In this document: positions 1-17,416 of the stretch, in pieces | How the letters are laid out: each line of letters opens with the position of its first letter | Position numbering within the stretch: position 1 is the first letter of the stretch | From: the human T2T-CHM13v2.0 reference genome, Homo sapiens | NCBI RefSeq assembly: GCF_009914755.1 | Contig: NC_060930.1 | Length of the DNA: 64,000 nucleotides | Reading direction: 5' to 3' (one strand) | Notes under the pieces: model-generated | The model's input: only the letters and a program-made list of their open reading frames with translations | Database searches by the model: none | What the model was told of the DNA's origin: nothing | Translations under genes and position numbers: made by a program

Positions 1-3110
<3,110 letters not shown>

Positions 3111-3111
3111 T

Positions 3112-4136
<1,025 letters not shown>

Positions 4137-4144
4137 TTAAACGG

Positions 4145-4860
4145 TTACCATATGACTATATATTCCTAGTTGTGCACCCTAGGGAACTAAAAACGTATAT
4201 TTACACAAAAACTTGTACATGAATGTTCACAGATTATTCATAATAGGCAAAATATGAAAATAGCCCAAATGTCCAACAATTAGTAGACAAAACATGGTAT
4301 ATCCATACAGTGGAATAACTAGCCATAAAATACAATGATACATGGTATAACATGGATGAACTTTGACAACATTATGCTAAGTGAAAGAAGCCAGACACAA
4401 AAGAAATTTATTGTATGATTCCATTTATATTAAATGCTCAAAATAGGCAAATCCATAGAGACAGAAAGGAGACTGGTGATTGCCAGTGGCTTGGGAGTAG
4501 GGGTGACTGGGAGTATCTGCTAATGGGTATATGTTTTTTTTTAGAGGATGATGGAAATGTTCTGGAATTAGATAGTGGTGATAGTTGTACAACACTGAAG
4601 ATACGAAAAATCACAGGACTATACACTTAAAAATGGTGAATTTGGCCAGGCACAGTGGCTCACGCCTCTAATCATATCACTTTGGGAGGCTAAGGTGGAA
4701 GGATCACTTGAGCCCAGGAAGTGGAGGTTGCTGTGTGCCATGATTGCAGGACTGTACTACTCCAGCCTGGACGACAGAGTGAAACCCTGTCTCAAAAAAA
4801 TAAAGGTGAATTTTATGTTTTGTGAAATTCAACATATTAACTGTAATTCAATAAAAAAGA
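4145..4860 (+). mobile_element. L1MB-like 3' end fragment with an Alu monomer inserted at ~4644-4805
   Basis: ACAAAAACTTGTACATGAATGTTCA...ATGCTAAGTGAAAGAAGCCAGACACAAAAG...GGCAAATCCATAGAGACAGAAAG. Confidence 0.8.
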
Positions 4861-4917
4861 TCTTACATATTTCATCATTCATAATACATGTGAATTCATA
4901 TAAAATAAAAGAAGTCC

Positions 4918-5425
4918 AAAGGGGTCTAGAGGTATGGCAGATGTTCTCTTTCCCCTGTCTATATTTCCTTTACAATCGGCCACCATCGAAAAGTTGAGGA
5001 AGCCTAGAGCTCTCAGGAGCAGTCCTTTGAGCTTGTGTAGGGGCACTCAGAATGGTCCAGCATTTGACATACCATCATAGGCTTTCCTACAATATAGCCT
5101 CTAACAAAACCAGGCTGTCCCAAACCCCTGGTAATATAATTGTTTACCTTTATACCAAGAAGGTTGGGAAAGCACCAAATTCTGCATGTGGTGTGTGCCC
5201 AGGCAGACTTCAAGGGGTTTGTACTGTGAGACCTAAAGTTCTTATGAGATTGTGGAAAACAAAAAAAACATGTCAGCAGGGCCTATGGTGGTTCCATGTG
5301 TGTTAAATGTGTTCATGACAAGATCAAGCGTGCTTTCCTTATTGAAGAGCAGAAAATTGTTGTAAAAGTATTGAAGAGTCAGAAAGCTAAATAAAAATGA
5401 AGCTTTTTGAATAATAATAACAGAA
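4918..5425 (+). pseudogene. RPL34 processed pseudogene (possibly RPL34P14, name from recall)
   Basis: [23 protein letters not shown]...[14 protein letters not shown] matches RPL34; intronless; +1 frameshift in A-run 5261-5268; 12-nt deletion (AQAQ) before the stop at 5392-5394; TSD AAAAGAAGTCC at 4907-4917 and 5426-5436. Confidence 0.93.
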
Positions 5426-5938
5426 AAAAGAAGTCCGAAAGGAAAAACAGTATTCTAAAAAATGTTCCCTTTCCCTCACCTATCCCCCAGATCAGTACAG
5501 CTCAGACACCATTGGAGAACTGAGGTCTAAGCAGCAAAGCAGGTGATGGAGGTAGGGCTGTGAGTCATAGTTTGTATGAAAGCTTGTGACCAACATCTTT
5601 GACTGTCCCTGAACAGAGGAATGTGACAGTTGATAAGAAACAGATCTTGGGCTGGAACAAAGGAGAGAAAGTGGTGGTGACCAACGTGTTGGCAGCCCTG
5701 GCACCAGGTTGCTTTCCATTGCTTCATCCACCAGGTCATGCCTCAGGAATAAGTAATCCTTAACTAATATATCAGCAGCATGAGGCCCTGAGGTACTTTT
5801 TGCCCTTGATTGACTTCTTATTCCACTGATGGCTTTGCTTAATATCATGAATATTCCCGAAAGTTACTAAAACCATAGATGTATTTGGGCAGTAAACTAG
5901 ACCTCCAGGACTCTAAAAATGCCTGGACTTACAAATCA

Positions 5939-8010
<2,072 letters not shown>

Positions 8011-8691
8011 CTCTACTGGCATTTTAAATGAGCAGAGAGTAAGGGGTTTCCTTGGTGTTTTGAAATGATGCTTGCCTGCTACTGTGTACCAGAGGTTTCA
8101 ATGTGTGTGGGACAAGTACAAGACAGAGTGAAAACTGGTGGACAGCTGCCCTGAAGTCTGATATTGAAGGATCAAACATCTCCTTTGTGATTGTCCCCGC
8201 TTCACTGAGTCTCCTTTGCTTACTCATACCCCAATCTTCTAAGGACATACCCAATTTTACTTTGTCTTTGTATGGACCAATAAAAGAGGCTAGAACTGAG
8301 ATAAGAGATGTTCTACTTAGGGGCACATTGGAGACTAGGGCCCAGGAAGAATATGAAGACCTGAACTCTACAGCTTTAATGTAAGTATCATGGCACAAAA
8401 TGAGATATGGGACTTCAGGAATAATTTATTCAATGCTAAATAAGGTGAGGAGTGGCAAGTCTAAAATACATACCCTCTATGTACATTCTAATCTTGTTCA
8501 TTCTCTACAGGTACAACAATATACACATTCACTCACCCAACTCACCATTTCCTGGCAGCTAAAATGACAGGATCTTCTCTACAACTTATCCCCACCCCCA
8601 TCAGTCATACCCACCTTCTGGAAGTCAGATCCTTCAGGTGATTGCCTACTGGCCACAAGGGCACCCATCATTTCCGTGGCCTCTGTGGTTT

Positions 8692-8769
8692 CTATCCCTG
8701 CCTTTCTGGGGGCAGAAATGTCTGCTGCAGTCCTTCCTTTTGGAAATCTGAAGACTTTTGGAATTGCCC
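8692..8769 (-). CDS. ZNF318: Alternative exon spliced after exon 7, encoding the short-isoform C-terminus GQFQKSSDFQKEGLQQTFLPPERQG* (1117-aa protein); exon extends to a donor at 8615/8614
   Basis: Strong acceptor cttcctttcttttcag|GGG, phase 0 like the exon 7 donor; TAG at 8694-8692; the peptide matches my recollection of ZNF318 isoform 2. Confidence 0.8.
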   Translation of the reverse strand, partial: GQFQKSSDFQKEGLQQTFLPPERQG

Positions 8770-10194
8770 CTGAAAAGAAAGGAAGATAAGTGGGTGAGAG
8801 TCTGTAACAATGTGACCATAGTCATCCTTAGGAAGGTGGTTACAGGAAGGCTGGGTGGAAACTTAGCAGGGACAGAGTGTCAGAGAGACGAAATAAAATA
8901 ATATCTTAATATGGCTGATTTTATCTCTGCTTTCTCCACATCCTCTACCTTTTGTTCTCCCGTTATGTAACTCTGCCTCTGTTTTCACCCTGTTCGTTCA
9001 CTTCCCTTAAACATACTCATTTCCCTTATTTTCTACAAAACTTCTTTCTTGCCTAATCCTCCACAAATGGAACCAAAGCCTGTAAATCTTTAAATCATTA
9101 CATCTAGATGTTATCTTCTGTCCTTTTGCATGCGACAGACTTTATCTTTTGTGTACCTGTATTACTTTGTGAAACAGGTATCTTGATTTATATCATTTAA
9201 TGTCCAAGTGCTTGTACAACATTAATGAATATGAACAACCAGTTCAACAGAGGTTGGGGAAAGAATGGGAAGAGGAAGAGAGGAAGAAGGAAAGAATGGT
9301 AAGACATTCCTGAAGAAGGTATGTTGCCCAGCATCGATGGGAATAGAAGAATTTAGGAAGTCTTGAGGGAAAAGCAGCAGGACCTATTTGTAATGATGGA
9401 AAACAGACAAGAGGTGTGAAGGAAAACAGGGATGCACTGAGTAGGAGAGACACAACTTAAAAAAAAAATTTTAATACAGAAAAGTATACAGAGGGGTAAA
9501 AAAAAAAACTGGCCTATAATTCCACAGCACTGGATAACCCTTACTACATGTTATCATTTTATACATGTATGTGTGTGCATGTGTATAGTTTATAAAACAT
9601 TTATATTTTATAGAAAATGCATTTTCATGGTCACAATGTTGAAACAAAACAGAAGATACAAAATAAAAAGTGATAGCATTCCTTTTCCCTCTCCCAAAGG
9701 CAACCTTTTTTGGTTACGATTTAGTTTTGATGAGATGACAAGAGGATGCTGGAGACCATAAACTGTTGAATTACTTCTTCAACCAAATCAGAGGGGTTTG
9801 GGGTTTGACTGACTTCAGCATGCTTATGAAGTCTGGCTGGAAGGAAAAAGGAGGCCATTTGAAAACTGGATCCCCAAAACCTTTTGTTTTTGCTAACTGT
9901 AAGGTCAGTTTAACTCCTTCTCATCCTCAGTTTCTCTTCTAGGAGCTGCAGAAGCAGTGTTCCCATCATGGCCTGGCGCCATTATTCCAGAATGCTGTTG
10001 AAGTGAGGGAACCAATGGCAACCTTGACATGCCTCAATGATACAGTGCTTTGTATACAAAGACCCAGGACAGAAGCAAGAGGACAGCTGGCTTCTAGAGT
10101 GCTAAACACCCAGAAAATACAATAGGCAATTTACAGTTTTTACTGACTTATAATTTGCTAAGTATTCACAATTTGTTAATAAAAACAGCTACTA

Positions 10195-10400
10195 TTACCA
10201 CATTGATTCTTTCAATGAATTTTTATTGAGTACCTGCTATATGCCAGACAACTGTGCACTGTGAATACAATGATTAAAAAAATAGTAAGCAAAGACAGAC
10301 TTCTTGCTTTGGGGAGTTTATCATGTACTTAAGGGGAGCATATATTAATCAAAGAAACATAAATGTAAAATTACAACCACATTAAATGCTACAACATAAA
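10195..10400 (-). mobile_element. L2 3' end fragment
   Basis: ATTCTTTCAATGAATTTTTATTGAGTACCTGCTATATGCCAG is the typical reverse complement of an L2 3' terminus. Confidence 0.6.
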
Positions 10401-10706
10401 CATACATGTTTTATATGTATTCTTCTGGAAGTGTATATGGGTTGAGGGCAAATCAGGAGAGTTGTGATTTTAAGAGTAGAAGATTTTCATTATAAATTCA
10501 ACTTCGTGGCTTATCGATGAATATTGTATACACAACTTAGTTAAAAATTACATAAAAATTACTGCAATTTTAAACTCTAAAGAGATGTGCTCACAAAACT
10601 ATTTGTCCATGTTCTCACATAAATCGTTAATAAATGAAGACTTTGTTTAGGTTCTTATCCTAGATTTAGTATGTAAGCTTTGTTAAGGTGAGAACCAAGG
10701 TTTAGG

Positions 10707-10840
10707 GATATATATTAATATATCAACAAAGCTTGCCTATATATGTTTATATATATATTATCTATATTATATATATAAAAGAAACTATACTATATATAGT
10801 ATATATAAAACTATATACATATATACATATATATATATGT
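10707..10840. repeat. Degenerate (TA)n AT-rich microsatellite
   Basis: Runs of TATATA read directly. Confidence 0.85.
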
Positions 10841-12974
10841 AAAAGAAACTACCTCACTTATTTCTGTTACAGGCTACATCCTCTCTGAACCCTCCTCCAA
10901 TTTTTAAAATTACACTTTATGTTCCTATTGGATGCATGTGTCCTGTATGTCCACCTCCCCACCCCATTCTTCCTCAGTCCTGGAATCTGGCAGACTGATA
11001 AATTGACTATGTGCTGGCATGCTCTGCTACCAAAATACTAACTTTCTGACTTTTTAGAAAGATGAAGTGTCATGGGCGAAGTAATACTTAACTATATTAT
11101 TCAGCAATATTAGCAGAATATTATGTGCCCTGTGAATATAATATGGCTTGTAAAGCAGGAAGCCCCCCATTTGCAAGGCCAGGGGGAATTTTTAGCGGGT
11201 TATACACCTTAGGTAAAATTAGGTATTTGCCCAAATTTAAACATAATTGCTGATCATCTGCTTCTCACAATTGAGGATATCTGATAAAAGTTGTTCCTGA
11301 TGTTTGTAAAATTTAAAACATAGTTATATTACACCATAAGCTGCATTTAAAATTCAGGGCCCATTTCTTCCATGTGCCTAAGTCTCCTAAGTTGAAAGTT
11401 TATTCAGTACTGTGATAGTAGAGAACAACAAAAAAATATGCTCTATCTCCAGCTACTGGTTTAGAATTCTGTCCTTCCTTTCACCTGTCTTCTCTGGATA
11501 GGTTCCAAAGCTAGATCCCACTAACCAAAAGGAAGGAGGCAGCAACACTTCCTGCCCAGAATACAGAATCCTCAAAGTTCTCCCTCTGCTGGTTCAAGGA
11601 AGATATAAAGAATGTCACTCCCGTAACTCTTAAGTGAGCATTATTTTTGAAAAAGCCGGATTGGTAGATGCCTTTGGTGTAAATCCTGAAGTTATCCAGA
11701 GAATACAAGAGGAGTTACTACCAAAGCTTAGGCTCAAAGTACTCCAGCCCTAGCTACCTGAACTAGTTCTGCCCTTCCTACAATAAATTTTGCCTCTTTT
11801 TCTCTTCTCACTCAAGTAGCCCCCTCCTAACCTACAGGGTAAGATTTCAATGCCCTCTGAGGAAGTAAGGTTAGGATTGGGATCTTGATATGGTTACCTC
11901 CTCCCAACTCTTTCTCTAAAACCATCAGTCTCCCCCTAAAGGGAAGTGGAACTAAGTGAACAGGACTGAAAATCAGCACAAACTGGCATTAAAAATTATG
12001 TTCCCTGAATTCCTATAGATAACCTGCTATAACAGGGAGGGAGTAGTTCTCTGGGAAAACAAATCTCTCTGAAGCTTACTTGGGTTTAAACTCTTCTAAA
12101 TGGCACCTTTTGAGTTAGTCTATGGTTTCCAAGCAAGAAAACTGCATTGAACTCAGGCTTTGTCCTAAAAACCAGGGCTAGAAAGGTGACACGGGCAGGA
12201 TACCCTGACCCTGTACATATTGGTGCTAGGATAAAGATAACGATTCTTATCTCAAAGGAAACAACACAAAACAACTCTGTGACACAGTAAGGTAAACTAA
12301 CTTGTCTAAAATCACAGCAAGGTAAATGACTGAGGCACAGTCAAGGATCTAGCTCTCCCAAATCTGTGTCCTTTCCATAACATAAGAGAGGCCAGAATGA
12401 CTTCTAAATTGACATTAGTCAAAAAAATTAAAAATCCTTCCCAATGTTGACCTAGGGATTTTATAGCTCTGTACATAAGGAAACAGGAAAAAAAAAATTG
12501 GGGGAGCGGGGAGGTTAATCCAGATCAGCAATTTTGTATTATCTTTGAGGAACAGGTGGGTAAATAAGACTCCGAAGGCCCTGTTGAGTCAGGTTATAAA
12601 CTGCTGACAACAGGGATACAAGAGGAAACTGGGACAGAGAAAATCTGAGGACTGAGCTCCCTAATTCCCAAGAGCAAGAACCTGATTGTCCTAGGGGAGC
12701 TCAGTTCCCAGAAAATCCTACGGAGAGTCAACACAAAGGTATATAAAAAGCTTCACAACAGGAAGATACCAATACCAGACAACTGTTGCCTACTCACTAC
12801 CCACCCAGGCTGCGCTGGGGCAGACTATATATCCTAACATTCTGGCATGAAGTAGTTCTGACAAGTGAGGAAAGCATGGTTGCGGGTGCGGATAGACAAT
12901 AGGGCAGCAGGGATTCACTGTTCTAGTTTTCCTTTGGAGTTCAAATGTGTGTGATTTCAAAACAAAAATCCAGA

Positions 12975-14071
12975 AGGAAACATGAGATTAATGCATTTAT
13001 TCCAAGTAATTAACACATTAAAAATAAAGTTAAACTTGTCCAAGCCAACTCATAAATTCTTTAATCTTTTTAACAAAATATACAACCCCAAACATCGTAC
13101 TATGGTTGAAATTAATTGGGAAAGGAGGAGGTAGAGGAAAGGATACATATGGGTTTGTGGAACAGGGAATGAGTTCAATCTCAAGACAAGTTTCAGAGAT
13201 CTTCTACCCCTTCACAACACAAATGGCTGCTAAACAATTTAATACAAAGTGTTATTGGATCACAATACAATGAACAAAGGCCATTTCAAAAATAAAAGTG
13301 ATCTCAAAAGCATATCTGCTCCTGGCAATGAACCATGAATAAGCCTTACCGATTTGTCGTCTTCTAAAAGTAAGCCTGCCAGATATTCTTCCATGTTTAT
13401 TTCCAAACAGGTTTGTGGGTTAGCAGGACAATGCATCTCAAGAAAGGCAACAGAGTAAGGGAAGTACAGGAGTTGACATGCCAATAAGGGGTGTAAACAG
13501 TAAACAAAAGAGCTACTCACGCTGCATTTCAAACAATGTTAAGGCAGGCCCATCCAAATGGAAGCCTAAGAGATGAACAATTCTTCCAAGTTTTCCATTT
13601 CAGCAAGCTTTCTGGTGTTTTTCCCAGAGATGCATCAACTGCCCAGGAAATTGGGTAGGAATACAACACAGCAACTGGAGAGGTCAGCTGCCTCCATCCT
13701 CCCCCACATTTCAGAAATGGCAGAGTCAAAGCCAAAATACAATCAAAGCACACTATGTGGTGAGCCAGTTAGACATGTGATTTTAATGACAAAGTGGGAG
13801 AAAATAAATTGGCCAAAAAAATTAACAAAATACATTTTTACAGATATATATATATTATATATAAGTTGTTATCGATTTGTCTGGTGTTTTAAGGGGAAAG
13901 GGAAAAGGAAAGGAGGTAAATTTTTTAGCTTCCATGAACATTTACTTTAAGATGCTGACTGCATCTCTTGGTGTAGGTTCCAGATGAGATAACAAACTAG
14001 TCTTGGATCATCTGGGCATCTGATTTCTAGAAGCCAATGATTCACTCACAAGTAGCTCTAGGTATTTATTC
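12975..14071 (-). other. ZNF318: ZNF318 long-isoform 3' UTR (~1.1 kb)
   Basis: Repeat-free sequence between the stop codon and the AATAAA at 13001-12996. Confidence 0.8.
12996..13001 (-). terminator. Distal poly(A) signal AATAAA of the long isoform
   Basis: TTTATT on the + strand; followed on the - strand by a U/GU-rich tract (TTTCCTTCTGGATTTTTGTTTTG). Confidence 0.8.
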
Positions 14072-17000
14072 TTAGTTGTGAACACTGGATTCTGTGTGGT
14101 CCTGGATGGCACCAACTGTAGTTTCCTGTTCAGGCATTCCCTGAGGGACCATATTGTCTTCAATTACCTGCTCCCTTGGAGGGGACCTTGACACTGGAGC
14201 TTTAACCAAATTCAGAGGGTCGCCACTGTCATCATCTACTTGCAGAATTGCCACCTCTGTGGTGGATGCATTCGATATTTCTAGCTGTAATGGCCCCAAC
14301 TCCAGGGAACTACATTTAGAAGGGTCACCTGGCTCAGAGAGTGGAGAACACAGTTTATCTTTTTGAACTCCAGAGGTCCGTGTGACAAAGTCAACAAGGT
14401 CTGGAAGGCAAGGAGATGGCCCAAGGCCTGCAGAATTAATTGTTTTTAATTCCAATCCGAGTGACTCTTGTTTGTCTAATTGGGAAGATTCTTTTACTTC
14501 CTCAGGCATCATTCCTCCTGCTAACAGGTCAAGGGCCTGGTGTGTTCCCTCTAGGCCCCCCAAGCCACGGTCAACATTTTCTGTAAGTCCAGTTTTCAAA
14601 ATGTTAGGAGAAGGGATCCTAACACTCCTGGGATTAGGTGAGTTTCGTTCACCCTCTGTCTCAAAGTCAAGCACCAAGGTTTTGGGAGAATCTAACGGAA
14701 ACCCAGAAAAAGATGGGATTGGTTCGAAGTCAGCGGGATCGGAGGAATTACACCCTATAGGTGATACAGAATTTTCTTCACACACTTTCTGACACAAGAC
14801 AGTTGGGGATCTATGTGCTGGGCTTACCCGAGTAGTGCAGAAATCAACAGGCATATCCCCCAGATTCCCCAGGGCAGTAAGCTCCTCTACCTTTAAGTCT
14901 GTAGCTTCAAAGTCTTCTAGGGCCTTGCTTTCTATTGTCACTGTTAACTCTGGATGGACATCTTGTAGCTCCAGTGCTTCTGTTTTTGGTTTCTCTGGGC
15001 TCTCCCAGGTCTCTGGCCTCTTCTTGTTTTCATCCCAAACAGCCAACTCATAGATCTTTTTAACTTGAAAGTCTTTTGATCTTTCTCTCTTGAGTTTGAG
15101 ACTTCTGTACCTAGAAGTTCTAGAAGCTGATTCTGGAGCTGAATTCTCTAGCCCCTCCTCACTAACAACTGAAACTCCTTGCTCTTGTGGACTACCTGTT
15201 AAACACATAGCTGATCTGGCTGGGGAATGAAGCAGCAACTCTGGGGCAGAAATTTTCACAGGTGTATCTTGTGGGTTGAGTAAAGACCTAGCTTCTGATA
15301 AAAATGAGTCTAATTTTGCCTTTGTGAAAGAGCAAGCCTGTGGACTCAATTTGATCACTACTTTACTTGGAGTTTCACTTCCTGTCATCAATTTATTGGA
15401 CTGTTCAGCCTCTTTGTCAATCATTAGCAAGTTGGGCTGTTTTACTTCTCCCTCCCACATGTATCTGTTTCCATGGTTCAAATTAGAATCATCTATGCTG
15501 TGGGGTCCAATGCTGGTACTTGCTCCCTCATCAACTATCCCCTCAGACAGCTCCTTTACCCTTTCTTTTAGTTCAGTGTTTGTCTCTATCTCACTTTCTC
15601 TACAATCCTCAGATTTACGGAGCTCTTGGCTTTCCTTATCCTGGTTAACAGATTCTCTGAGGTGGATTTCTACCAACTTCTGAGATTCTTTGCACTGTAT
15701 ATCTAACAGTTGAGGAGGTGGTTCTACACCAGGTGGTCCTGGCTCTCCCAGGTCAAGCTCACTCTTCTCTGGAGATATATCCCTACTAGTGTCACTCTGG
15801 AAGGAACTAGAGGTCCATATGGCCAAAGTGTCTGTCTTTGGGGTAATTGTTTCATAAGGCCTGCTTTGGCACAACCTTGTCAGAGGCTGTAGGAAGCCAT
15901 AGGTGCTGCCTGTGCTTTTTGGGCCTACATGTTCTACAACTGACCATTTCCCTAGGGCCACCAGAGTTTTTGCAATGGGCTTTTCAGAGTTGCTAACTAT
16001 AGGAGCAGCGACCAAACCCTCATCTTGATGCAACTCCTCTTGGGATGCACTGCTGTTCAAAGGAGAAGTAGAAGAGGTGTCTGAACTTTTGGTTCTAGAG
16101 AGGTTGCTATTTTCCCCATTGGCCAATGGACCACCACTTAGCTTAGTCTCAGGGGCCCCCTTAGTCTCAGGGGCCCCCTTTCCACCACTACTATAGAATA
16201 TGTCATACAGGTCCTTAGCATTGGCTGTGGCTAAGCATGAATTTCGCTTCTCTAATTTTTTGGCTTGTTCACTGAACACACTTGAGAGGGGTGGTGGAGG
16301 ACGTACTAACACAGAGAACAGGGTCTGGTCTCGGTCACTCTCACTCACCCCAGGAGCTGTCTCATCAGAAGGAATGGCAGCTGGCTGTGCTGAGGCCATG
16401 ATGGCTACAGGCAACACTGGGTTCAAAATGTTAGGACCCACGAAGCCAGGGCTGAGAGTCTGAGATACAACTGGGTTTGATTTTACTGGAGCCAAGATAG
16501 CATTTGCTTGAGCAGCAGACGGGGCAGCTGGATGAGGTATAACGGGGGGTGGTGGAGGTGGTGGAGGTGGGGGTGGTGGAGGAGGTGGTAGTATTTGTTC
16601 AGGTAAATGAGATGGCTCACTCTTTTCAGCCAACACCACTTTTTCCTCTGGAGACCCTTTTAGAATCACCTCTTCCCCTCCAAATGCTTTGGAGATGATG
16701 TCTGGAGGTAAGAGGAGATCAGCTGAAGACTCTTTAACCACTGGCAGAGGTTTAGCAGTGGTTCCAGAGGACTTAATAGACAGAAAGGTGTTAAGAGGAG
16801 CTGGCTTGCTCATTGTGGCTGAACATGACTTGCGGAGTACTGTGGATGGAATAGGCAGGTTGGGTCGGATCTTAGTCTGTGTGGAAGTTGTCACAACAGG
16901 CATCCAAGGGCTGGTATGTGCAACAACAGTTTTCCCAGAGAGCTTGATTTTGATAGGCTTTGCCTTCCCAGCTTCAGTTTTGCCATCCTCTTTGTCCTTA

Positions 17001-17416
17001 CTACTTTCTAGAATCTCTTCTTTAGAGATACTTGGGGTCACCAATGAACTTTTCTCCTCTTCTTTTTCTGGCTTCTTCCAGCTGAATTTCCCAAAAGAAG
17101 ATGATGTTGGTGATTCCTTCTTTACCTCTTCTTTTAACTGGAGTTTGATGCCAGTGTTCCTTTTATTTTCAGCTTTTTCAGGGGAGTTCCTACCCTCAGA
17201 GAGTTGGTCTTCTAATTTCTCAGAGACCTTGTCATCCTCCTTTACTTCTTTCACAGCCTTTGCCTTTTTTTCTTTCTTCTCCTCCTTTGGTTTCTCACTA
17301 AGTTTGCGCTTTAGCTCACTCTGCCGTCGCCGTTCTGTCTCTAGGACCACAGCCAAGCCAGCTTGGCGGTCCAGATTCCGCCGCTCCTCATATAATGGGT
17401 TTTCATCCACATATTT
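14072..17416 (-). CDS. ZNF318: ZNF318 exon 10 coding part (1114 aa; Lys/Glu-rich, poly-Pro, low complexity)
   Basis: Within 1129-aa ORF 14072..17461; acceptor ttcccag|AAA; stop TAA at 14074-14072. Confidence 0.97.
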   Translation of the reverse strand, partial: KYVDENPLYEERRNLDRQAGLAVVLETERRRQSELKRKLSEKPKEEKKEKKAKAVKEVKEDDKVSEKLEDQLSEGRNSPEKAENKRNTGIKLQLKEEVKKESPTSSSFGKFSWKKPEKEEEKSSLVTPSISKEEILESSKDKEDGKTEAGKAKPIKIKLSGKTVVAHTSPWMPVVTTSTQTKIRPNLPIPSTVLRKSCSATMSKPAPLNTFLSIKSSGTTAKPLPVVKESSADLLLPPDIISKAFGGEEVILKGSPEEKVVLAEKSEPSHLPEQILPPPPPPPPPPPPPPPVIPHPAAPSAAQANAILAPVKSNPVVSQTLSPGFVGPNILNPVLPVAIMASAQPAAIPSDETAPGVSESDRDQTLFSVLVRPPPPLSSVFSEQAKKLEKRNSCLATANAKDLYDIFYSSGGKGAPETKGAPETKLSGGPLANGENSNLSRTKSSDTSSTSPLNSSASQEELHQDEGLVAAPIVSNSEKPIAKTLVALGKWSVVEHVGPKSTGSTYGFLQPLTRLCQSRPYETITPKTDTLAIWTSSSFQSDTSRDISPEKSELDLGEPGPPGVEPPPQLLDIQCKESQKLVEIHLRESVNQDKESQELRKSEDCRESEIETNTELKERVKELSEGIVDEGASTSIGPHSIDDSNLNHGNRYMWEGEVKQPNLLMIDKEAEQSNKLMTGSETPSKVVIKLSPQACSFTKAKLDSFLSEARSLLNPQDTPVKISAPELLLHSPARSAMCLTGSPQEQGVSVVSEEGLENSAPESASRTSRYRSLKLKRERSKDFQVKKIYELAVWDENKKRPETWESPEKPKTEALELQDVHPELTVTIESKALEDFEATDLKVEELTALGNLGDMPVDFCTTRVSPAHRSPTVLCQKVCEENSVSPIGCNSSDPADFEPIPSFSGFPLDSPKTLVLDFETEGERNSPNPRSVRIPSPNILKTGLTENVDRGLGGLEGTHQALDLLAGGMMPEEVKESSQLDKQESLGLELKTINSAGLGPSPCLPDLVDFVTRTSGVQKDKLCSPLSEPGDPSKCSSLELGPLQLEISNASTTEVAILQVDDDSGDPLNLVKAPVSRSPPREQVIEDNMVPQGMPEQETTVGAIQDHTESSVHN
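16544..16588 (-). repeat. Coding (CCN)15 poly-proline tract
   Basis: 15 consecutive Pro codons (mixed CCA/CCT/CCC) in exon 10. Confidence 0.95.

Noticed and set aside
8024-8398. Overlapping 124-aa (-) and 93-aa (+) ORFs in unique sequence
   Set aside because: No recognisable homology and no convincing splice boundaries; the length is compatible with chance.
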